In this document: positions 10,244 to 20,114 of the stretch, piece by piece
Layout: each line of letters starts with the position of its first letter
How positions within the stretch are numbered: the first letter of the stretch is position 1
NCBI GenBank assembly: GCA_016713445.1
Contig: JADJPB010000001.1
Span: 449,000-512,999 of the forward strand
Length of the DNA: 64,000 nucleotides
Reading direction: 5' to 3'
Source of the DNA: Bacteroidota bacterium
Lineage (GTDB): Bacteria; Bacteroidota; Bacteroidia; AKYH767-A; OLB10
The notes under the pieces: model-generated
Database searches by the model: none
What the model saw: the letters and a program-made list of their open reading frames with translations, nothing else
What the model was told of the DNA's origin: nothing
Position numbers and translations under genes: made by a program

Positions 10244-11548
10244 TTATTTCAAATTCAATAAAGTTTTCCCAATACTATTTTTTAACTCCGTCGACACCCC
10301 CAAATCTGTCGCAAATTTCTTCCATTGATTCACCGTATCATTGATCTCTTCAACAATGCTTGCCGCTTTTTTACATTTGATGGATGCACCAAGGAGGAGT
10401 AGATCTTCTAGGGTAATATCTTTTCGTTTGTTATTTATGCTTAATGAATGCTGACTCACCCATGCACTGCCTGGACGATAGGCATGGCACATATCATAGG
10501 CGGGTGCCAACTCCCATTTCCCTTCTTTCTTTAATCGGAAAGCAAAATTTTTGGTGTGGTCATCGCAGTTTCGAGCAAGTACATTAAACACCATTCTTCT
10601 GAACATTTGTTCCGTATCAGCATACGTTAATTTTAGTTCCCGCATGGTTTGAAATAATTGCTCGTAGCTAAAGCTGTTTATTAAATTAAAATCGAAATGT
10701 GTGAGTCCACAAAAAGTTTGAATATGATGTTTCGTTTCACTTCCTTCTCGATCAAATCTTTTGGTCATAAAATGGGCTCTTCCATTTTCTTCTAAGAGTC
10801 GTGAAGGCATCATGTTGATTCCGCACGCTAATGCCATTTGGTTATACGCCATTTCTACCCTGCCATAACCCTTGCTGCTGCCCAACTGCACATCGCTTAC
10901 TCCATCAAATTTGATGAGCCAATGCTCAAATCCTTGTGGAGCCTTGGTTTGCCCCGACTTCACTTCGCCCGTTTTTTCATTGAAGGCAATTACGGCTTTT
11001 GGTCGGGCACCACATGCCGAAGTACCAATTTTTAAGATCTCCAACATGGCTTTTTCTTCCTCTTGATGAAGTTGAGTCACGAAGTTTTCTTTTTGACTTA
11101 AAATTTTTTGAGCGATATCGATCAGTCGACTTAACTCCAGCGAAAATGTATGTTTGCTTTCTTTGATGGAAGCCGGCTCAAATTCCAGTGCGCCCATCCC
11201 CCTACTCCCAATGAAACAAAGCATTTCTACGGGATTCATACTTTCGGGGGCTCTACCCTGTTGCGACAGCCACAAATTGATAAGTTGATTTCCGTATTTA
11301 TCGGGGAGCACATCCGCCAATAATCCCGGCAGTCCTTTAAAAGTATCGGTTGTCGAATTTTTATTTTTGCGCAACTCCGGAAAAGAAAAAATATTTTTAG
11401 GCGCATCGATGGGCATTTTCAGCGGCGACAAATCCCAATTCAATTTTTTAAAAGCAACATCATATTCAAAACTCGCAGATCCTGTTTTCTCATCCCAGAT
11501 GACCGCGCCCACCACTTCGTCCCAAATCTTTACAAAGGCCGTATTCAT
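10244..11548 (-). CDS. hipA: type II toxin-antitoxin system HipA-family kinase toxin
   Basis: 434 aa. It has a HipA N-terminal coupling region and a catalytic-loop-like CDDHTKNFAF. Its start overlaps the upstream HTH gene by 4 bp. Confidence 0.9.
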   Translation of the reverse strand: MNTAFVKIWDEVVGAVIWDEKTGSASFEYDVAFKKLNWDLSPLKMPIDAPKNIFSFPELRKNKNSTTDTFKGLPGLLADVLPDKYGNQLINLWLSQQGRAPESMNPVEMLCFIGSRGMGALEFEPASIKESKHTFSLELSRLIDIAQKILSQKENFVTQLHQEEEKAMLEILKIGTSACGARPKAVIAFNEKTGEVKSGQTKAPQGFEHWLIKFDGVSDVQLGSSKGYGRVEMAYNQMALACGINMMPSRLLEENGRAHFMTKRFDREGSETKHHIQTFCGLTHFDFNLINSFSYEQLFQTMRELKLTYADTEQMFRRMVFNVLARNCDDHTKNFAFRLKKEGKWELAPAYDMCHAYRPGSAWVSQHSLSINNKRKDITLEDLLLLGASIKCKKAASIVEEINDTVNQWKKFATDLGVSTELKNSIGKTLLNLK

Positions 11549-11889
11549 GCGTTGGGATTTGCTTTAGGGGATGCCTTTTGATTTTTATTGCTGGCTCGTT
11601 GCCGTTTATATTTTTCCATTTTGGCGAGGGCCATCGGACTAATGATGGGTTCAATAGTGAAGATGTCCAATACGGTGAGCTCATCCAATACCCTTAACAC
11701 TTGAATTAAGGTGGCTACCGTAACGGTTTCACCGCGCTCCAACAAACTCAAGGTAGACCTGCTTATACCCGCCTCAAACGCCAAAATTGCCTGCGTTTTA
11801 TTTTGCTCCATCCGCTTCGTTTTAACAAAAGCACCAATATGCGAAGCCAAGGCTTGATCACTCATTGCATTCCAATTTTTGTATGACAT
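11545..11889 (-). CDS. hipB: HipB-like XRE-family HTH antitoxin
   Basis: The HTH reads NKTQAILAFEAGISRSTLSLLERGE. It lies immediately upstream of hipA and is translationally coupled to it. Confidence 0.8.
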   Translation of the reverse strand: MSYKNWNAMSDQALASHIGAFVKTKRMEQNKTQAILAFEAGISRSTLSLLERGETVTVATLIQVLRVLDELTVLDIFTIEPIISPMALAKMEKYKRQRASNKNQKASPKANPNA

Positions 11890-12122
11890 ATCATGTATAA
11901 ATTAAAATTATAACTATTAGTGAATGCTAACTCATGCAAATTTAAGCTAATTCGATAAAATTTCCAAATTTTATACCCACAACCTGCGAAGTGCACCCTA
12001 AAATTTGTAATTTATCTGAATATTTTTTAAATATATGTATGAATTAACATTCATTAAGTTCAATAAATTAAATTAGTGAATTATATATCATACGTAAAAA
12101 TGGATAATTTGTTGCATTGGGA

Positions 12123-12178
12123 GGCTCGATCTCGATACTCGATGCTCGATCTCGATACTCGATGCTCGATGCTTGAAT
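12123..12178. repeat. heptad tandem repeat (ctcgatN)n
   Basis: Read directly: ctcgatctcgatactcgatgctcgatctcgatactcgatgctcgatgcttgaat. Confidence 0.8.
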
Positions 12179-12246
12179 CTTATTCAAATTTTGCGAAAGT
12201 CTACCAATATTAATTTGGATTTTGTTAACTTTATAGTTAACTTTGT

Positions 12247-12609
12247 GTGGTGAAGACTGAAAGGCAAATCATTTTCTATGAACATTATTTTACCAAGTTT
12301 TATTTGGCGCAAACAAATAAAGTTCAAGAGAAAATAGAATTTGTTTTTAAAATATTACGGACCGTTGAAAGGGTTCCCATAAAGTTCTTGGATCATATGA
12401 CTGGTACGGACGGACTTTATGAGATTCGAGTGGAGGTGGCAAGTGATATTTACAGAATATTTTGTTGTTTCGACAAAGGCAATTTGGTAATATTGTTTAA
12501 TGGGTTTCAAAAGAAAACGCAAAAGATGCCCAAGCGAGAATTGGAAACTGCAGAAAAACTTAAACCTGCCTGCTGCAGGCAGGCGCGAATATTTCGCAAG
12601 CAAAATTAA
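12247..12609 (+). CDS. RelE/ParE-superfamily toxin (Gp49/HigB-like); the C-terminus is altered by a palindromic insert
   Basis: 120 aa with ..GLYEIRVEVASDIYRIFCCFDKGNLVILFNGFQKKTQKMPKRELETAEKLK.., typical of Gp49-like toxins. An HTH antitoxin gene follows 5 nt downstream. The last 15 codons run through the hairpin element at 12565-12583. Confidence 0.75.
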   Translation: MVKTERQIIFYEHYFTKFYLAQTNKVQEKIEFVFKILRTVERVPIKFLDHMTGTDGLYEIRVEVASDIYRIFCCFDKGNLVILFNGFQKKTQKMPKRELETAEKLKPACCRQARIFRKQN

Positions 12610-12614
12610 AAGTA

Positions 12615-12920
12615 ATGAAAAAGAAAAATATAAAAGAGGCCAAATCGTTCGATGAACTTTTGGAAATCAAATACGGTATCATTGGCACCCCAAAGCGTGA
12701 CAAATTCGAAGAGAAGGCACAATACTTTGTCATCAGCGTAATGTTGAAGGAAGCCAGAAAAGAAGCTAATATGACGCAAGAAGAATTGGCAGACAAAGTA
12801 GGAACAAAGAAGAGTTATATTTCCAGATTGGAAAACGGAAAATGTGACATTCAACTATCAACACTGTATCGAATCTTTGAATTTGGACTTGGTCGCCCTA
12901 TTAACTTATTAATCGGGTAA
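12615..12920 (+). CDS. HigA-like XRE-family HTH antitoxin
   Basis: The HTH reads NMTQEELADKVGTKKSYISRLENGKCDIQLSTLYRIF. It sits directly downstream of the Gp49-like toxin. Confidence 0.85.
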   Translation: MKKKNIKEAKSFDELLEIKYGIIGTPKRDKFEEKAQYFVISVMLKEARKEANMTQEELADKVGTKKSYISRLENGKCDIQLSTLYRIFEFGLGRPINLLIG

Positions 12921-12964
12921 TCCCCCGAAGTTGAGCTTATCACGATCGGGGCTGCTACTCTCCC

Positions 12965-13064
12965 CCAAAAGCGTGCGTAGCTCTGCTTTTGGATGCTTGC
13001 CCAAAAGCGTGCGAAGCTCTGCTTCTGGATACTTGCCCAGAAGCGTGCGTAGCTCTGCTTCTGG
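12965..13064. repeat. three phased 36-nt units, each an 8-bp-stem hairpin (ccaaaagc-12 nt-gcttttgg)
   Basis: Read directly, with units starting at 12965, 13001 and 13037. Three ORFs in the track (12851-13078, 12909-13130, 12931-13176) are just translations of this repeat. Confidence 0.8.
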
Positions 13065-13342
13065 GCTCCCACTCTCAAAGCACTCTTTCAAATATTCCCA
13101 AAATTCTAAATTCTTCTGCGTTTTCAACATTCACCACAATATCCTTAAACTTCGAATCCGTGGATTTTGGTTTTAAGATTATGGATTCATGCTGCCAGAG
13201 TTCTTCGGTGATTTTTTTTGTGCTGTGGTATTCTTTTATGGTTAGACTAATGCAGTAATATAAAATGTGAAGGAAGTCGATTGAAAAGTTTTATAGTTTT
13301 TTATAATTGTTTTTTTGAAAAAATTAAGATGGCAGCTTGCTA

Positions 13343-14239
13343 TTATTTGTTATTGTTAAATCGTATTCGATGCCTATCCAAATACTCATTGTTAAATTCA
13401 CTTAGATTTCTGATTTTTTCTTTGCCTGTTACTCCAATCTTTTCAAAAGCGCTTGTTTCGATGGTGTCTGAAAGGATGATCTTGCCAGAATTTTCAAATG
13501 TTATTAAGTGACGATCAAATAAGGCATCGTAAGTCGGTGAAAGTAAAATTCCATTGTGAACATCTAATTTTTCATTGTCATTTGAAGTAGCCCAAGGCTC
13601 AATATGAGAAGCTATTAAAACATTAAGTTTATCAAATCCTGTAACTGCACATTTATACTCCCATCTATGAATTATACGTTTGCGATATGCACCTTGACCT
13701 ACACGAGAAGTAACTAAGCCTTTTCTTTCTGTTTCATTTGGAGGTATTATTTTTAATGCTTCAAAAGGATCTGCAGCATATTTTGCATTGTGATCAAATA
13801 AAGTAGCTTGATAAGGAACATGAGCACCTAATCTTTTAAAGAAAAACTTAATTCCGATTCTTGTATTCCCAGTAGTATCATGCGTTTCAAAATAATCTGC
13901 GTCAAAGAATTCTACTTCACTGATAAATCGTACAAAACCTTTTGACTCACTTTCAAATAAAAAAACTCTTTTGCCATTTATTAGATGATCTCTCAAGGCC
14001 AAATTGCCTCTAGAAAATTCCATATCGCCAGATTGCCCTTCGCCTGTATAGGAAAACACGTTGGGATTGTCCCAGCCATCTTTATATCCATGTTGATGTC
14101 CTGACTTTCCTGAAAAAATAAATATGTATGGAAAATTAGCAGAAGGTGCAATACCACTTTGCCAACTACCACCAAACAAAGCGTGTATATCCGCTCTACG
14201 GTTGTAAATCTGGTTAGGGATGAATGGTAGTTTTTGCAT
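13343..14239 (-). CDS. putative modification-dependent (type IV) restriction endonuclease: SRA/PUA-like N-terminal domain fused to an HNH nuclease
   Basis: The N-terminus (IYNRRADIHALFGG..GI....PYIFIFSG..GYKDGWDNPNVFSYTGEGQSGDMEFSRGNLALRDH) resembles bacterial SRA/YDG domains. The C-terminus (GQGAYRKRIIHRWEYKCAVTG......ASHIEPW......DVHNGILLSPTYDALFDRHLITF) resembles the HNH_2 family. It starts 10 bp after the hsdR stop. Confidence 0.7.
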   Translation of the reverse strand: MQKLPFIPNQIYNRRADIHALFGGSWQSGIAPSANFPYIFIFSGKSGHQHGYKDGWDNPNVFSYTGEGQSGDMEFSRGNLALRDHLINGKRVFLFESESKGFVRFISEVEFFDADYFETHDTTGNTRIGIKFFFKRLGAHVPYQATLFDHNAKYAADPFEALKIIPPNETERKGLVTSRVGQGAYRKRIIHRWEYKCAVTGFDKLNVLIASHIEPWATSNDNEKLDVHNGILLSPTYDALFDRHLITFENSGKIILSDTIETSAFEKIGVTGKEKIRNLSEFNNEYLDRHRIRFNNNK

Positions 14240-14249
14240 TAATTAATTC

Positions 14250-17243
14250 CTAATAGTATTCTTTTATGTAGTCGTATGCTCTATTAAATAAATCCTCGTC
14301 CTTAATTTGATATTTTGTCCAAAGCACTTTTCGCAATTCTCTTTTTACTTCTCGTTCACCAACGGTCGAGTTTTGCCAACCGTCAAAGCGAACTACTCTT
14401 ACAATTTCGTCAATGTCGTTTACGATGCGTTCTACAATAGCTGGTGTTGTGTCGGTTTTTAATTCAAGAAACAATTCTGTCAATGCGGCTTTTGCATTTT
14501 TCTGTTCTAACTCGGGTTCTGATACTTTCTCAGCTTGTAATGTTTCTTTGGCTAACTGACATAGCTCTTTAATAAATTCTATTGAATTGATTAGTCCTTT
14601 TTCTGCTTTATCACGAATGGCTTCAAGTCTTTCGCTTAGGCGTTTGAATGTTGGATTGTTACCGTGTTTGTTTAAACGACTGATTAGAATTTTCAAAACT
14701 TTCTCTGCTTGTCTTGGGTCTTTCTTATTCATCAAATCTTCAATCACTTCTGCATCCAAAATCATTTCTTCCATGTCGTGATTGATGCCCGAAACATGAA
14801 TGTGCTCATGTATGAGTGCTGTTGTCTGTGCACCTAAAGCATGCCATAATAATCTGCCGTTGTCATCTGATGCTGGTTTTACCGAAGTGTAAACCTGCGA
14901 CAACCATTTGTAATCATTTTCAAATTGATTTAAAACTTGGTCGGGTGAAAGTGCTTCCCACAACTTTGTCAGGCTGCTGAAATCTTTTGCAAAGGCATCA
15001 CGTTTTTCGTTGGTATTGATACAGTCTTGTGCTTTTGATAATCCTTCAAAACCTGAAAGAGTTCTGTCAACTCCAACAAAATGATTCAAGCATTTTTCCA
15101 TCCATTCAGGCAGTTTGTCTTTCAATTCCTGCAAGTTGGTAATCACTTGTTTTACACTTTCTTCATCAAATGCCAGGGCTTTTGCAGTATCGTCAAAAAC
15201 ACCAAAGTAATCTACTATTCTGCCGAATGTCTTATTTGGGAATAAACGATTGGTTCTGCAAATGGCTTGTAAAAGGGTATGGTCTTTCAACGATTTGTCC
15301 AAATACATGGTTTGCAAAATCGGAGCATCAAAACCAGTTAAGAGTTTTGCCGTAACAATCAGAAATTTCAAAGGCGAATCTGCATCGTTGTATTTCTCAA
15401 CAACTTTTTCTTGCTTGTCTTTGTCCATTGCATACTTCTGTTTGAAATCAAAATCATCATTGGCTGATGAACTGATAACAACTTCGCTGGCTTCGGGATT
15501 TATCAAGAGGTCTAATGCTTCTTTGTATTGAACACAGGCCTCACGATCTGGCGTTACAATCATGGCTTTTAAACCTTCGGGTTCAACGTGTGCTTTAAAA
15601 TGCTCTACAATGTCGGCAACAATGGTTTTTACCCGTTCAGGTGATTTTAAAAACACCGCCATGTTAGCGGCTTTCTGACTTAGTTTGTTTCTATCTTCTT
15701 CACTCAGGTCGTTTGCCATTTCTTTAAAAGCAATGTCCAAACTTTCTTTGTCAATGTGATAATTCGGCAAACGTGGTTCAAAGTGCAAAGGCAAAGTTGC
15801 ATTATCTCTGATACTTTCCTGAAAAGTGTAACGGCTCATATAACCGCCACTGTCTTGCTCTGCTCCAAAAGCCCAAAATGTATTTTTGTCTGCTTTATTG
15901 ATTGGTGTTCCTGTTAAACCAAACAGAAAAGCATTGGGTAAAGCGTTTCGCATTTTGCGTCCCAAATCGCCTTCCTGCGTTCTGTGTGCTTCATCCACCA
16001 TTACAATAATGTTTTCCCGCTTGTTCATGTCGGGATAAGCATCTTTGAATTTGTGCACCATCGTAATGATGATTTTCCGTGTGTCCTGTTCTAATAGCTT
16101 GTGCAATTCTTTTATGCTATCGGTGGTAATCATGTTGGGCACTTCGGCTGTGTTGAAAGTGGCTGTGATTTGAGTATCTAAATCCACTCTATCTACCACA
16201 ATCATTACTGTTGGATTATTTAAGTCTTGTTGCTTTCTTAATTTCTGAGCAGCAAACAACATCAACAGCGATTTTCCCGAACCTTGAAAATGCCAAATCA
16301 ATCCTTTTTTTATTTTGCCTTCTCTTACCCGTTCTACAATGGCATTTGCTCCTTCGTATTGCTGATAGCGGCAAACAACTTTTATCTTTTTCTTCTTGCT
16401 GTTGGTGGCGTAAACTGTGTAATACTGTAAAATATCTAACAGCGTTGAAGGTTTGAGTAAATGCGTTAATTGTTTGGCTACATCTTGCAAACCGATGAAA
16501 TGACTTAACTCGTCCTTTTCATCTTCTAAACGCCAAGGTGCCCAAAACTCTAATGGAGTTCTTACGCCACCAATAAATATTTCTTTACCTTCTGTTGCAA
16601 ATGAAAATACATTAGGAACAAACAATTGCGGAACTGCATTTTCATACACCACATTAATATCATGTGCACCGTCAAACCAAGTAACGGCAGGTCGCACAGG
16701 GGTTTTGGCTTCTCCAACCACCAAAGGAATTCCATTGACGAACATTACAATATCGGGAATTTTGGTTTCTCTGGCTCGTAGCTTAAATTGATTGCAAAGC
16801 ACAAAACTGTTGTTTTTCAATATTTCAAAATCAATCAGGCGAATGGCAACATGTTCGTTGTTTTTGCCAATTGGAAGCGTTACTTCATTGCGAAGCCATT
16901 TGGCAAATTCTTCATTAGCTCTTACCAAACCAACATTGTTTACCGCAATGAGAATGGCTCTGAGTTTATGAATGACTTCTTCGGCTTTGTCAGGATTGGC
17001 AGCAATATCAGGATTGAGGCGGCAAAGGGCTTCTTTCAATTCCTTTTCTACAAACACTTCGGTAATATCCCGTTGCAGCAAATCGGCTTGTATGTATTTC
17101 CATTTTACGCCACCTTCATATTCTACGGCATCTTCTTTTACTACATTGCCTTGCACAGCATTTAAGTTCACCCCTGTGAGTTGGTGAATGATGAAATGCT
17201 CTACGGTATTTTGCTCGTTAAATGCCATGAGAAGTTTATACAA
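14250..17243 (-). CDS. hsdR: type I restriction enzyme R subunit
   Basis: 997 aa with helicase motifs GSGKS, VDEAHRTQEG and LTGTP, an HsdR N-terminal nuclease region and a C-terminal helical domain. Confidence 0.95.
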   Translation of the reverse strand: MYKLLMAFNEQNTVEHFIIHQLTGVNLNAVQGNVVKEDAVEYEGGVKWKYIQADLLQRDITEVFVEKELKEALCRLNPDIAANPDKAEEVIHKLRAILIAVNNVGLVRANEEFAKWLRNEVTLPIGKNNEHVAIRLIDFEILKNNSFVLCNQFKLRARETKIPDIVMFVNGIPLVVGEAKTPVRPAVTWFDGAHDINVVYENAVPQLFVPNVFSFATEGKEIFIGGVRTPLEFWAPWRLEDEKDELSHFIGLQDVAKQLTHLLKPSTLLDILQYYTVYATNSKKKKIKVVCRYQQYEGANAIVERVREGKIKKGLIWHFQGSGKSLLMLFAAQKLRKQQDLNNPTVMIVVDRVDLDTQITATFNTAEVPNMITTDSIKELHKLLEQDTRKIIITMVHKFKDAYPDMNKRENIIVMVDEAHRTQEGDLGRKMRNALPNAFLFGLTGTPINKADKNTFWAFGAEQDSGGYMSRYTFQESIRDNATLPLHFEPRLPNYHIDKESLDIAFKEMANDLSEEDRNKLSQKAANMAVFLKSPERVKTIVADIVEHFKAHVEPEGLKAMIVTPDREACVQYKEALDLLINPEASEVVISSSANDDFDFKQKYAMDKDKQEKVVEKYNDADSPLKFLIVTAKLLTGFDAPILQTMYLDKSLKDHTLLQAICRTNRLFPNKTFGRIVDYFGVFDDTAKALAFDEESVKQVITNLQELKDKLPEWMEKCLNHFVGVDRTLSGFEGLSKAQDCINTNEKRDAFAKDFSSLTKLWEALSPDQVLNQFENDYKWLSQVYTSVKPASDDNGRLLWHALGAQTTALIHEHIHVSGINHDMEEMILDAEVIEDLMNKKDPRQAEKVLKILISRLNKHGNNPTFKRLSERLEAIRDKAEKGLINSIEFIKELCQLAKETLQAEKVSEPELEQKNAKAALTELFLELKTDTTPAIVERIVNDIDEIVRVVRFDGWQNSTVGEREVKRELRKVLWTKYQIKDEDLFNRAYDYIKEYY

Positions 17244-18285
17244 AATTCAATTTGCTACCATAATTATTAAGATGCTCCATGGCAATATTTATGTATTCTT
17301 TGGTAATTAGAATTTTCTTTCTCTGATTCCATTCCTGAATTTTTTCAAATAGTTGGTCTTCTGTTAACTTCGGATTTTCACTTAAAAGGAAATGGGCCGA
17401 AGAAAGAATTTCCAGTGATAGTGTTGTTTCAAAACCATCAATAATATTAAATATGCTTTCCAATCTTTGTTTCTGGTCTGAATTCAAATTGGCGTTTACA
17501 TATTTTTCTACTTCTTCATATTTTTCATAATTCAATTGCAACGGTTCAAATGCTCTTGCCTTCATTTGTTCCATTCCAGTTAGATATTTTCCATTCAAGG
17601 CATATAAAACTTTTTCTATAGCCTGTGCATAAGGCCCATATTTATATGGAACAAATTGCAATCGCATTGGCTCACCACTTTTTTGCAAAAAATAGGCAAG
17701 TTTGTTTGCGGAAAAAATGGTTGCCACTTCGCCTAATTTTTCATATTTGAATAAAGCATAAAGCAGCATTGCTCTTGCAGCTGTCAAGCCAACTTCTTTC
17801 TTGACTTCTTCTTTCTGGAGAATTTCTTTTACCGCATCATTGGGCTCATAAATTTGAATAGCCACATTCGATAACTGACCAAGATATTTATCCATCATTG
17901 GTTTTACCTTTTCCCATTTTAAACCTCCATTACCACAGCCTAATGGCGGAATAGCTATGCTTCTAATTTTATATTCCTCAATCACTATTGCCAAATCTTT
18001 TAGCCCATCTTCAATATAACTGTATTGTGATTTCTTAAACCATTCTGTTTTAGTCGGAAAATTGATTATGAGTTTCTCTCCATTTAGAGTGTTCTCCTTA
18101 ACCACTAACATTTTACCTACTTGCATTTCGCCCTTTTTACAAGCATCTGCATAAATTTTAAAATTCATTGGAAAACGCTCTTTGAACTGCAATGCAATTC
18201 CCTTACCCATTACACCAACGGTGTTTACCGTGTTTACCAAAGCTTCCGTTTCAGCTTCAAGCATATTTCCAGTTATATATTTCAT
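17236..18285 (-). CDS. darG: DarG-like macrodomain antitoxin (ADP-ribosylglycohydrolase)
   Basis: An N-terminal macrodomain pattern is present (ALVNTVNTVGVMGKGIALQFKERFP ... IAIPPLGCGNGGL) with a ~190-aa C-terminal domain. It overlaps darT by 4 bp and hsdR by 8 bp. Confidence 0.85.
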   Translation of the reverse strand: MKYITGNMLEAETEALVNTVNTVGVMGKGIALQFKERFPMNFKIYADACKKGEMQVGKMLVVKENTLNGEKLIINFPTKTEWFKKSQYSYIEDGLKDLAIVIEEYKIRSIAIPPLGCGNGGLKWEKVKPMMDKYLGQLSNVAIQIYEPNDAVKEILQKEEVKKEVGLTAARAMLLYALFKYEKLGEVATIFSANKLAYFLQKSGEPMRLQFVPYKYGPYAQAIEKVLYALNGKYLTGMEQMKARAFEPLQLNYEKYEEVEKYVNANLNSDQKQRLESIFNIIDGFETTLSLEILSSAHFLLSENPKLTEDQLFEKIQEWNQRKKILITKEYINIAMEHLNNYGSKLNFV

Positions 18286-18923
18286 AAGAAGTAATATTCT
18301 GTTTTTATTTTAATGTCAATATTCAAGTCAAGGTCTTTAAGTATTGCTTCAACTTGTTCTTTTATTGTTTGGTTAAGGACTGCAATACCATTTATATAAT
18401 CAACCGGCACATGGTCTTTTACCAAAAACTCTGCATGTTTTTTTCTTACCCTGTCTTCATCACCATCAGCATTTTCATCTCTAAAATCAGTTGTATTAAT
18501 TGAACGCCAATCTAAATGTTCAAGGTGTTTGATGTTGTTTGAGAATTTTGAAATCTTTTTTGCTGCATTTCCATCAGTAAAGCACCATTGAAAATCCTCA
18601 ATCGCTAATTCACTCAATTTACAACAAAGGTAGATAATGTCCTTTTGAGGACTGGCAGGCACACCATGACCTGTTACAATATTGTAAAGCATCGGTGTTC
18701 GGACAGAAAAGTAAAAAGGAACATAGTCATTTACCACAGTCTCAGGATAACATTTTACAATTCTGGTATCACGTTGGGTGATAATTTCCTTACTACCAAT
18801 GGTTACAAATCCTTTATCCTTCTTGCCTGCATTTTTACAATACAAGCCATCCCGAAGAATGTATTCCAGATTTTGAATTGGAACAATTCGAAAGACCCAT
18901 ATTTTATCTATATCCATTGGCAT
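18282..18923 (-). CDS. darT: DarT-like (DUF4433) DNA ADP-ribosyltransferase toxin
   Basis: 213 aa with ..WVFRIVPIQNLEYILRDGL.., YVPFYFSVRTPMLY and RKKHAEFLVKDHVP, characteristic of DUF4433/DarT. A macrodomain gene follows directly. Confidence 0.85.
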   Translation of the reverse strand: MPMDIDKIWVFRIVPIQNLEYILRDGLYCKNAGKKDKGFVTIGSKEIITQRDTRIVKCYPETVVNDYVPFYFSVRTPMLYNIVTGHGVPASPQKDIIYLCCKLSELAIEDFQWCFTDGNAAKKISKFSNNIKHLEHLDWRSINTTDFRDENADGDEDRVRKKHAEFLVKDHVPVDYINGIAVLNQTIKEQVEAILKDLDLNIDIKIKTEYYFL

Positions 18924-18946
18924 GTTGAAAACGCAATTTTACGCAT

Positions 18947-20114
18947 TTATCCTAAAATTTCATTTAATAATTTCTGCTTCAAATTCTTCAAAGTTGTTTT
19001 CTGTTGTTTGAGTTGTTTAACTGTTGTGTCCAACTGCTGCAATACTTCCAAAATGGTTGCCTGTATTTTTAAATCTGGAATGGAAACTTCTAATTCTGCT
19101 AAATCTTTCCATTTGGTTCTTGGTGAAAGTGAACCTGCCGAAGTGCTAACTGCATGTTGAATAAAAGCATCTGCCGAAATGTAATACGGCAATAACCCTT
19201 GCAACATCTTTTTTGCTTTGGCTCTTATTACCAAAATATCACCTGAACAAATTCCATCAAAATCAGCAACAGCAACCTTCTTTAAGTAGGCTCTACGTTT
19301 ACCAAACAACACATCGCCTTTCACAAACCGTTTTGAAAAGGTTGTGCCGTTTGCAATTTCGCCCCAACCTTGTAACTGAAAATTATCTGCTTCAATAAAT
19401 TCTAAGCCAACAAATCGTTCTACTTCTTTTTCGTGTTCGGGATATTTTTTATCACATTCTGCTATTTCGCAAAAAGTGGTTGCTGTGCAATTCTTGCTGC
19501 TAAATAAATTTCCAAACTCAGGTTCTTTGCTTAACAAGCCATTCATCATTGTTTTTTGCAGCGCTTTCAAATTCTTCTCCTGCACATCTACCTGCTCCAT
19601 TGCAGTTTCTATAGATTGAAAAAGTGCGGTTATTTGTTTTTGCTCTTCGAGTGGGGGAAGGGGGATTTGAATTTTGGCAAGTATAGTTCTTGTAATCCCT
19701 TTAAAAGTTGTCCCTGCTGATAAGGAATGTATTAATTTTTGATTTCCCTTTAGCCAAAAAGCCAAGTACCAATTATCAATTTTTTTCGGGATTACAAACA
19801 AAATTTTCTAATGATTGAGATGTAGCAATTTCTTTACCTGCTATTGCCACCTCACCAACTGTTGCCCTAGTCGTAAATAAAATAGTTCCAATTGGAAGCA
19901 TTTTTGCACTTGACTTTTGAATTGCCTCATCAGTTAGTTTTTCATTAGTCTCTGTAATTATTCTAATTCTATCTTTCGGAATTTCTGTTGGCCCAATCCA
20001 AAGATTATTTCCTTTAAAATAATCCGGTTTAGAACGACTAGGTGTTCCACCGCCAACAATTGAAGCAACATTTTCAATCTTTACTTTATTCCATATTTCT
20101 TTTCTCAACTTCAT
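18947..20114 (-). pseudogene. hsdS: type I R-M specificity subunit, frameshifted in a T/A run (19780-19786)
   Basis: Fragments 19776-20114 and 18947-19801 each hold a target-recognition-domain-like segment and conserved helical spacers (LPPLEEQKQI; LKQQKTTLKNLKQKLLNEIL). Removing one A joins them as ..NPEK|IDNWYLAFWL.. Confidence 0.85.
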
